In this document: positions 57,452 through 64,000 of the stretch, in pieces
How the letters are laid out: each line of letters opens with the position of its first letter
How positions within the stretch are numbered: the first letter of the stretch is position 1
Source of the DNA: an uncultured Candidatus Saccharibacteria bacterium
GTDB taxonomy: Bacteria > Patescibacteriota > Doudnabacteria > UBA920
DNA: 64,000 bases
Direction of reading: 5' to 3'
NCBI GenBank assembly: GCA_964512925.1
Contig: CAZEKH010000001.1
Location: 200,226 to 264,225, forward strand
The notes under the pieces: generated by a model
What the model saw: the letters and a program-made list of their open reading frames with translations, nothing else
Databases searched by the model: none
Told to the model about the DNA's origin: nothing
Program-made: the position numbers and the translations under genes

Positions 57452-58963
57452 TTAGCTTTTGCGGAAAAAAGTTGGTAGGGAGATGTTTCTTAGTTCTTTG
57501 ATGCGGTCTACCAGGCCTTTGTTTTGAAGTTTGAGCATATGTTTGATCTTTGCCCTAGCTGAAGAGGTGTGAGCCGCTTCCAGCCAATCGCGGGAGATTT
57601 TTACCGGCTGTTTGTTTTTGGTGATCTCTACCACATCGCCTTTGTTTAGGGTGTCGTAGATGCGGGCAATTTTGCCGTTAATCTTACAGCCGATCATATG
57701 CGAGGCGATGTCAGTGTGAACCGCAAACGCAAAATCTATTACGCTTGCGCCAAGCGGCAGGTTTTTGATATCGCCTTTGGGAGTAAAGACAAAGATACGG
57801 TCACGGAAAAAATCTATTTTTAGGCTTTCCATAAAATCCGAGTTTTCACTTTCTTCCTGCCAGGAGTTTAGTTCCTTTATCCATTCGGATTGAAGTCTGC
57901 CTAAAGTATCGGGCTTGCCTTCTTCCGCGTAAAACCAGTGAGCTGCCACCCCGCGTTCAGCTTCTTCATTCATAAGGTCGGTGCGGATTTGAATTTCTAC
58001 CGGAATTCTTTTGCGGGAAAACACTGTAGTGTGCAAGGATTGGTAACCGTTGGGTTTGGGTATGGAAATGTAGTCTTTGATGCGGCCGGGTAAAGGCTGG
58101 AAATGTTTGTGGATCACACCTAAGGCCGCATAACAGTCAGCCGTAGATTTGGTAATGATGCGAAAAGCCACGATATCGTAAATTTTGTTGATATCGCCGT
58201 CGTACTTGGCGAGTTTTTTGTTTAGGGAATACAAACGTTTGGTGCGTCCTGTCACTTCTTGGTATTTGATACCTTCTATGTGAAGAATCTGGTTAAGCTC
58301 TTTTTCCATATCTTTACCCGAGTCGTCAAAATTGGCAAGCCATCCATCCAGCAGATTTTTAGTTTTTTCAAACTCTTCAGGGCTGACGATCTTAAAAGAC
58401 AAATCTTCCAGCTCATCTTTCCAGGAGTTGATGCCCAACCGGCCAGCTATGGGCGCGTAGACTTCCAGAGTTTCGGTTGCCACTTTCAGTTGTTTTTCCG
58501 CAGGGATGTGTTCAATGGTGCGCATATTGTGCAGGCGGTCTGAAAGCTTGATGAGTATAACCCTGACATCCTGGCTGGTGGCTATAAAAAGTTTTCTTAA
58601 GTTGTCAACATAAACTTTGTCTGTGCTGTTTTTGTATCTAACGTGGCCGAGTTTGGTAACGCCGTCAACTAAGAGGGCGATTTCTTCCCCGAATTCATTT
58701 TTCAGCTCTTCCACAGTAACTTGAGTGTCTTCCGGCACGTCGTGAAGCAAAGTGGCGCAAAGGGTTTTGCAGTCAGGAAATATCTGACCCAAGATGGTGG
58801 CTGAGTGTATGCAATGAACAAAATAATCCTCGCCACTTTTTCTTTTTTGACCTTGATGGGCTTTTTTGGCGCAGTTAAAACTTTTTTCTAACAACTGCTC
58901 TTCAGCAGGTTTAAATTTATGGGGAATGGATTTGAGAAAATCTTTAAAAGTTTTCATAAACAA
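57452..58963 (-). CDS. short RelA/SpoT-family (p)ppGpp synthetase/hydrolase (HD + synthetase + TGS; no ACT)
   Basis: HD motif HD…, YQSLHTTV synthetase motif, TGS-like C-terminus. Confidence 0.8.
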   Translation of the reverse strand: MFMKTFKDFLKSIPHKFKPAEEQLLEKSFNCAKKAHQGQKRKSGEDYFVHCIHSATILGQIFPDCKTLCATLLHDVPEDTQVTVEELKNEFGEEIALLVDGVTKLGHVRYKNSTDKVYVDNLRKLFIATSQDVRVILIKLSDRLHNMRTIEHIPAEKQLKVATETLEVYAPIAGRLGINSWKDELEDLSFKIVSPEEFEKTKNLLDGWLANFDDSGKDMEKELNQILHIEGIKYQEVTGRTKRLYSLNKKLAKYDGDINKIYDIVAFRIITKSTADCYAALGVIHKHFQPLPGRIKDYISIPKPNGYQSLHTTVFSRKRIPVEIQIRTDLMNEEAERGVAAHWFYAEEGKPDTLGRLQSEWIKELNSWQEESENSDFMESLKIDFFRDRIFVFTPKGDIKNLPLGASVIDFAFAVHTDIASHMIGCKINGKIARIYDTLNKGDVVEITKNKQPVKISRDWLEAAHTSSARAKIKHMLKLQNKGLVDRIKELRNISLPTFFRKS

Positions 58964-59017
58964 ATATTACGCTAGATGCTATAATTGTAGCAATATTAAG
59001 CTGAAATATCTACTCTT

Positions 59018-60022
59018 ATGCCAGAACTCCCGGAAGTTGAAACAGTTGTCAGAGAACTCAACAAAAAACTAAAAAATCTAACATTGAGTAAGGTGGTTGT
59101 TAACTATGGAAAAATGGTGCATTTGGGTGAGCAAATAGTGAGTAACAAAAGGCAGGATGACAATGGTAGGGTTAAGCAGTTTAAAAATTTATTGGTCGGC
59201 GCCAAAGTGTTAAGTGTGACAAGAAGGGCTAAGCTGTTAATTTTTAGATTGGAGAGCGCCCCCACCCCCCAGCCAACAGCTAGACAGTTAGGCGGGCAGG
59301 CATCCCTCCTCCGCAGTGCGGGAGAGGGGATGCTATATTTATTAGTCCACTTAAAAATGACCGGACAGTTCATCTTTGAAGATGAAAAGCTGAAGAAGAA
59401 GACAGGCAGCCATTACCGCCTATTAAACAAAAAAACAGCACCTTTGGTACAGCTTCCTGGAAAACATACCCACATATTTTTTTATTTTACTGACGGTTCG
59501 GTTTTGTATTTTAACGACGTACGCAAGTTTGGGTATATGAAACTGTTGGTTGGTGGTGAAGCGGTAAAAGTTTTAGCATTTCCCGAGTACGGTCCGGAGC
59601 CTTTGGACAAGAAATTTAAATTACGACAATTTTTAACAGCTGTTAAAAATTGTCAAAAAAGAAAAATCAGCATCAAGATGTTGTTAATGGAGCCTTCCTT
59701 TGTGGCGGGCATCGGCAACATTTACAGCGACGAAATATTATTCCACGCTGGAGTTAAGCCGGACAGGAAAGTTGGAACATTGAAAAAACTAGAAATAGAA
59801 GAAATATATAGAAACATTAAACCAGTTTTGCTAACTGGCATAAAAGCCAAAGGTTCCAGTGTGGGGGATTTTGTGCGCACAGATGGCAGTTGGGGGAAAA
59901 TGGGCAAATATCACTATGTTTACGGCCGGCGCGGGCAAAAATGCAAAAAATGCGGTACAATGATACAAAGCCTAAAGCTGGGTGGCAGGACAGCGAGTTT
60001 TTGTCCCAAATGCCAGGGGTAG
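59018..60022 (+). CDS. mutM: formamidopyrimidine-DNA glycosylase
   Basis: MPELPEVETV N-terminus, H2TH, C-terminal zinc finger CKKCG…CPKCQ; in-frame GC-rich insertion (…SAPTPQPTARQLGGQASLLRSAGEGM…). Confidence 0.85.
   Translation: MPELPEVETVVRELNKKLKNLTLSKVVVNYGKMVHLGEQIVSNKRQDDNGRVKQFKNLLVGAKVLSVTRRAKLLIFRLESAPTPQPTARQLGGQASLLRSAGEGMLYLLVHLKMTGQFIFEDEKLKKKTGSHYRLLNKKTAPLVQLPGKHTHIFFYFTDGSVLYFNDVRKFGYMKLLVGGEAVKVLAFPEYGPEPLDKKFKLRQFLTAVKNCQKRKISIKMLLMEPSFVAGIGNIYSDEILFHAGVKPDRKVGTLKKLEIEEIYRNIKPVLLTGIKAKGSSVGDFVRTDGSWGKMGKYHYVYGRRGQKCKKCGTMIQSLKLGGRTASFCPKCQG
59266..59332. repeat. Family-A-like GC-rich insertion
   Basis: in frame inside mutM. Confidence 0.5.
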
Positions 60023-60192
60023 TAGTAAGTATTAAGTATTTTGTATAAAGTATTAAGCAAAAAAGTTTGAGAGATAAAATATTTAGTATTAATTCCGATT
60101 TACTGATGAAACAAATTTTACCGATACCTGCAGATATTTAATATCCGTAGGTATCGGTATATCTGTAATCTGTATATCGGCATATTTATGTT

Positions 60193-60414
60193 ATGGAAAA
60201 TCAACAAATAGAAAATAAGATCCAAGAAATGTCTACGGAAGATCTGTTAAAGGAAATTTTGGAAAACACCCGAAAGACCAAAAACTACATAAAGTGGCAG
60301 ATGTATATCACTGTGGCGTTTGTGGTGCTACCGCTTTTGGCGGCTTTGGCTATTATCCCAATGGTAATGAGTAATTTAACCGGCCTGGCTGGGGCTTATG
60401 GGCTAGGGCAATAA
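60193..60414 (+). CDS. hypothetical small membrane protein
   Basis: 73 aa with one TM helix. Confidence 0.35.
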   Translation: MENQQIENKIQEMSTEDLLKEILENTRKTKNYIKWQMYITVAFVVLPLLAALAIIPMVMSNLTGLAGAYGLGQ

Positions 60415-60459
60415 AATATTTAATTTGAGTATTGACTGATATTTATATAAACACTCAAA

Positions 60460-60493
60460 CCTCTCCCTAGCCCTCCCCAAGCTTTGGGGAGGG
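60460..60493. repeat. Family-A element
   Basis: intergenic, upstream of 60512. Confidence 0.65.
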
Positions 60494-60511
60494 AAACTAA
60501 AAGGAAATGCT

Positions 60512-60859
60512 ATGACAGAAGAAAAATGGCAGGAGATAGTGGCGATGGTTCAAAAAAATTATCCGGGATCAAAATTAACCCAGGAAGATTTGGAAATGGA
60601 TACGCCGGACGGGCCGGTAAAAAACGGGACCGCGGATGTTTTGAGTTTTACCAATTCGGACGGCGACCGGTTTGAGCTGGTTCGCGAAAACAAGCCTGTG
60701 GTTTTGAAAAAAAAGGAACTCTATTCCACCCGCGCTGGCCAGTCCGCCCAGGTCCAATACAAATTTTCCGACAGCGAAACATCTCACAAGCTTAGGGTTT
60801 ACAAAGAGGTGGGGTTTGATGAGTGGGAAGAGATAACTTTAGACAAGCTCAGCTTGTAA
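60512..60859 (+). CDS. hypothetical protein
   Basis: 115-aa ORF, no motif. Confidence 0.35.
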   Translation: MTEEKWQEIVAMVQKNYPGSKLTQEDLEMDTPDGPVKNGTADVLSFTNSDGDRFELVRENKPVVLKKKELYSTRAGQSAQVQYKFSDSETSHKLRVYKEVGFDEWEEITLDKLSL

Positions 60860-60884
60860 TTTTTAAATAATATAGGCAACTCAT

Positions 60885-60967
60885 TTGTCATTCCGGCCCA
60901 AGAGCCGGAATCTAGTTAATTTGATTGTATTTTTTTAAACAAGATTCCCGTTTTCACGGGAATGACA
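60885..60967. repeat. pair of Family-B subtypes (TTGTCATTCCGGCC-N6-GCCGGAATCTAG and GATTCCCGT-TTTC-ACGGGAATGACA)
   Basis: intergenic between 60512 and 61023 genes. Confidence 0.6.
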
Positions 60968-61022
60968 ATTTGAATTTTTTCTAATAAATAATAAATTTTA
61001 AACAAAAGCTCAAATGTAAAAT

Positions 61023-61940
61023 ATGCTCAAAAACCGAATTATACAAACTTTAAAATTTTTTGATTTGCAGGAGTATCCGCTGACACTGTTGGAACTTGGG
61101 CGGTTTTTGCTTTCGGATACAGAAGCTTTAAAAGCAAAGCTGGACGCGCAGTTTGATCTAAAAGAAATTTCTGGTAGCTACGAAGCTTCTGTTCCAACTT
61201 CAGAAATTTTGGCTTGTTTAGAAACTGAATGCCGGGAAGAAGTATGCAGTATAAACGGCTTTTATTACCTAAAAGGGAGGGAATTTTTGATTCAGAATAG
61301 GCAGGATTTTTTTCTAAACGGTTTTGTGAGGGAAAAACGCATTTGGAAGTATGTAGGATATTTAAAATATATACCTTTTGTTAGGGCTGCAGCTTTAGGC
61401 GGAAGCCAGGCGATGGGCAGGCAGAATAAAGATTCTGATATAGATCTTTTGATAATGACTGATGAAAGATTTATGTACTTAGCCAGGACTTTGGTTACTG
61501 CTTTTTTTCATATTTTGGGAGTAAGAAGGCATAACAAAAAAGTGGCCAATAGGTTTTGTTTAAATCACTATTTGGCCAAACCAAAATTTTTACAAAAATA
61601 TCAGAACCTTTATACCGCAATGGAATACGGCAGGCTTCGTCCGTTGTGGGACACGGGGGTGATGGCGGAATTTCAAACACAAAATTCTATCTGGATAAAA
61701 ATTTTTTTCCCCAACTGGGCGGTTGAGCCTGGACTTCTGGACAACCAGGCTTGGTTTCAGAAAGCTATGGAAAAAATTTTATTTTTTAGTTTGGGCAATA
61801 GACTGGAAAGAGTGTTAAAAAACTGGCAGGAGCCGAAGTTTAAAAAAGAAAAGTTTATAGTTATTGAGAAGGACGAACTGTCTTTCCATCCTGAAAGCAA
61901 ACAGGAAGGACTTTTGCGAAGTTTTTTTAATTCAATTTAG
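61023..61940 (+). CDS. nucleotidyltransferase-domain (Pol-beta superfamily) protein
   Basis: GGSQAMGRQNKDSDIDLLIMTDE (GS…DxD) motif. Confidence 0.5.
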   Translation: MLKNRIIQTLKFFDLQEYPLTLLELGRFLLSDTEALKAKLDAQFDLKEISGSYEASVPTSEILACLETECREEVCSINGFYYLKGREFLIQNRQDFFLNGFVREKRIWKYVGYLKYIPFVRAAALGGSQAMGRQNKDSDIDLLIMTDERFMYLARTLVTAFFHILGVRRHNKKVANRFCLNHYLAKPKFLQKYQNLYTAMEYGRLRPLWDTGVMAEFQTQNSIWIKIFFPNWAVEPGLLDNQAWFQKAMEKILFFSLGNRLERVLKNWQEPKFKKEKFIVIEKDELSFHPESKQEGLLRSFFNSI

Positions 61941-61965
61941 ATTTTACAATTTAATATCCCTAACA

Positions 61966-62016
61966 AAAATTTTGCTGTCAACTATAGTACATATGTGTTA
62001 TGTTTGACAGCAAAGT
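61966..62016. repeat. Family-E palindrome, third copy
   Basis: between convergent genes 61023..61940(+) and 62043..62780(-), flanked by A-run and T-run. Confidence 0.7.
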
Positions 62017-62042
62017 TTTTTAGGAATTATTTGACAAATACA

Positions 62043-62780
62043 TTATTTGATAAATACTAAAATTAATATCAAAGGATAGCGGTAGAGACGGTAAACGAGG
62101 TCGAACTTTGGCGAGTCGGTGGGGGATTTGAGTTCATTGAATGCCGAAAGCGAGAGTCCGGTTTTTTTTGCAGCCTCAAAATAGTCAGCCAAGGTATAAA
62201 AGTGCGAATTGATGTATTCGCCTTTTTTAAATTCTCTTTGCACATTGCCCGGCTGAAAATAGGAAGAATTTATTTTTAGACTTGGTTTTTTAAAAGTCAG
62301 TATATCCAAAAGGCCGCGTTTCCATTCTGAGACAGGGTAAGTAAAGGCTGGATTTGGGATAGTCAGAATAAGTTTTGCCCCTTGTTTCATTAATTTTGAA
62401 ATATTTTTAAAAGCTTCAGATAAATTGCTTAGATCCGGAGCCGCCATATTTAAAACTACAGCATCAAAGATTAAATTTTCATAAGCAAAACCGATTTCTA
62501 TATCCTGAAGTTCAAATTTTATATTCGGACAATGTTTTTTAGCTTCATTTAGAAGAGGTTCGGAATTATCACAGCCTTGGGTGTTCGGGTATTTGGCTGC
62601 AATTTGTTTTGTCAGCCAGCCCGAACCTGAGGCGCAGTCTAAAATTTGAGAGGCGCGGTTTTCCGGCAGGTGTTTTTCTATGGCAGCCCAAAGGAACTGC
62701 TGCTGAAGCCGTCCGTCAGAAGAAGCTAAAAAATCAAGATATTTTTTGGCATTTATTGGATTTTGATATGCGCGAGACAT
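62043..62780 (-). CDS. class I SAM-dependent methyltransferase
   Basis: motif I ILDCASGSGWLT, acidic motif II. Confidence 0.7.
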   Translation of the reverse strand: MSRAYQNPINAKKYLDFLASSDGRLQQQFLWAAIEKHLPENRASQILDCASGSGWLTKQIAAKYPNTQGCDNSEPLLNEAKKHCPNIKFELQDIEIGFAYENLIFDAVVLNMAAPDLSNLSEAFKNISKLMKQGAKLILTIPNPAFTYPVSEWKRGLLDILTFKKPSLKINSSYFQPGNVQREFKKGEYINSHFYTLADYFEAAKKTGLSLSAFNELKSPTDSPKFDLVYRLYRYPLILILVFIK

Positions 62781-62881
62781 ATATGTATTATAGCGTGTTT
62801 TTCACAAATTGGACTAATTTAGAGAGGTATATAGGGCGTAATAGGACATATTTGACGTATGGATTTAATGAAATTGTAGCT

Positions 62882-62908
62882 TTATCACTCCTCTTGACAG
62901 AGTGATAA
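62882..62908. promoter_or_regulatory. CIRCE-like HrcA operator variant TTATCACTC-N9-GAGTGATAA overlapping the TTGACA/TATAAT promoter of groES
   Basis: same variant and same architecture (-35 TTGACA inside the spacer) as upstream of hrcA. Confidence 0.7.
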
Positions 62909-62978
62909 AATCGGATATAATTATGAAGCATAGAATTAAATTTCGCTCTTTTTAAAAGGCGAATGTTGGAGAAAACAA

Positions 62979-63284
62979 ATGACAGTCAAACCAATCGGCA
63001 ACCGGGTGTTGGTCAAACAGCTGAGCGAAGAACAGGTTACCAAAAGCGGTATTGTTCTTCCCGACACTGCGGATAAAGAAAAAAAAGCCCAGGGGAAAAT
63101 AGTAGCTGTGGGCTCTGGTGAAGAAATAAAAACTTTAGGATTAAAAGTGGGGGATGTAGTGGTTTTTGGCAAATATGCAGGCGATGAGATTGAGATGGAA
63201 GAAAACGGTCAAAAAGTTGAATATAAAATTTTGTATGTAGGGAAAGAGAAAGATGAATCGGATATTTTAGCTTTAGTTGAATAA
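62979..63284 (+). CDS. groES: co-chaperonin GroES
   Basis: KPIGNRVLVK…GIVLPD…GKIVAVG… Cpn10. Confidence 0.9.
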   Translation: MTVKPIGNRVLVKQLSEEQVTKSGIVLPDTADKEKKAQGKIVAVGSGEEIKTLGLKVGDVVVFGKYAGDEIEMEENGQKVEYKILYVGKEKDESDILALVE

Positions 63285-63378
63285 AATTAACATAATTCGA
63301 ATTATCCGAACAAGACAATCCAAATTCCACGAATATTTGGAGCATTCGGAGATTAATTCGGGTTATTAGGATTATATT

Positions 63379-64000
63379 ATGTCAAAAATTATCAAATCAG
63401 GCTTTGCTGCAAAGCAGGCTATAAAAAACGGGGTAGATATCGCGGCCAACGCGATCAAAGTAACTTTAGGTCCAACCGGCAAGGCAGTCATCATTGACAA
63501 GTCTTACGGCAGTCCGACTATTTCCGATGACGGTGTAACCGTAGCAAAAGAGATAGAGCTAGAAGATAAGTTTGAAAATATCGGCGCGTCTTTGATCCAG
63601 GAAGTAGCCAACAAAACCAACGAAGAAGCAGGGGATGGAACTACCACTGCCACGGTGCTTGCCCAAAAAATGATAGAAAAAGCTTTTGAGGCGGCAGCTT
63701 TGGCTTCTTCGCATTCGGGCGAGATCAAGCGCGGGATGGACAAGGCTGTGGAGTTTGTTGTTGAGGAATTAAACAAAGTTAAAAAAGAAGTTAAAACCAA
63801 AGAAGAAATCCAGCAGGTTGCCACCATTGCATCTCTCGATCCGGAAGTCGGACAGCTGATTGCCGAAGCTATGGAAGAAGTCGGGCACGATGGAGTTATC
63901 ACTGTGGAAGAAGGGCAAACTACTGGCCTTCAGAAAGAAGTGGTGAAAGGTATGCGGTTTGATAAGGGATTTGTTAATCCGTATATGGTAACTAACGCGG
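63379..64000 (+). CDS. groEL: chaperonin GroEL (5' portion; continues beyond the window)
   Basis: AAKQAIKNGVDIAANAIKVTLGPTGKAVIID…DGTTTATVLAQ…. Confidence 0.9.
   Translation, partial: MSKIIKSGFAAKQAIKNGVDIAANAIKVTLGPTGKAVIIDKSYGSPTISDDGVTVAKEIELEDKFENIGASLIQEVANKTNEEAGDGTTTATVLAQKMIEKAFEAAALASSHSGEIKRGMDKAVEFVVEELNKVKKEVKTKEEIQQVATIASLDPEVGQLIAEAMEEVGHDGVITVEEGQTTGLQKEVVKGMRFDKGFVNPYMVTNA

Noticed and set aside
60484-60675. 63-aa ORF starting inside a Family-A element
   Set aside because: Overlaps the better-supported 60512..60859 ORF in another frame; the start codon lies within a repeat.
12533-60967. Possibility that the recurring GTCATTCC…GGAATGAC hairpins are a CRISPR array
   Set aside because: Copies are dispersed singly or in pairs across the window, have heterogeneous sequence, and are not separated by regular spacers; no cas genes are present.

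Overview
This 64 kb window comes from a small-genome, moderately AT-rich bacterium whose gene content suggests a Patescibacteria/CPR-like lineage (type IV pilin-like protein, DUF3467, short Rel/SpoT, NrdJ, many small ORFan genes). The core genes, in order, are a heat-shock operon hrcA-grpE-[two small ORFs]-dnaK-[metzincin, DUF3467]-dnaJ; a receiver-domain protein; an RlmI-like methyltransferase; tRNA-Lys; a pilin-like protein; a LolD/MacB-like ABC ATPase with two FtsX-type permeases (the second interrupted by an in-frame TAA); NDH-2; topA; capA; dprA; a candidate ~185-nt sRNA; pth; der; an LCP protein; tRNA-Val; lepB; a hisS-like gene; a HIT protein; rpsU; yqeY; ftsA; then, after a 12.5 kb gap, ftsZ; a vitamin-B12 module nrdR-nrdJ-cobO-DUF4430-membrane protein; NUDIX; DUF167; comEC; cyclophilin; ndk; rel; mutM; and groES-groEL (5' part only). 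The two features I consider most unusual are these. First, dozens of short GC-rich nested palindromic elements (core CCTCTCCC-loop-GGGAGAGG) are scattered through intergenic DNA, and at least ten sit in frame inside conserved housekeeping genes, reminiscent of Rickettsia RPE elements; several further hairpin-repeat families accompany them. Second, the normally contiguous ftsA-ftsZ pair is split by a ~12.5 kb accessory insertion carrying a PP2C-like gene, a high-GC block of secreted proline-rich membrane proteins, a PaaX-like gene bracketed by inverted AT-rich palindromes, an iteron-like CGCGGATTT array, a dense repeat hotspot and a 1420-aa ORFan protein. No rRNA genes, CRISPR arrays or transposase genes were seen.
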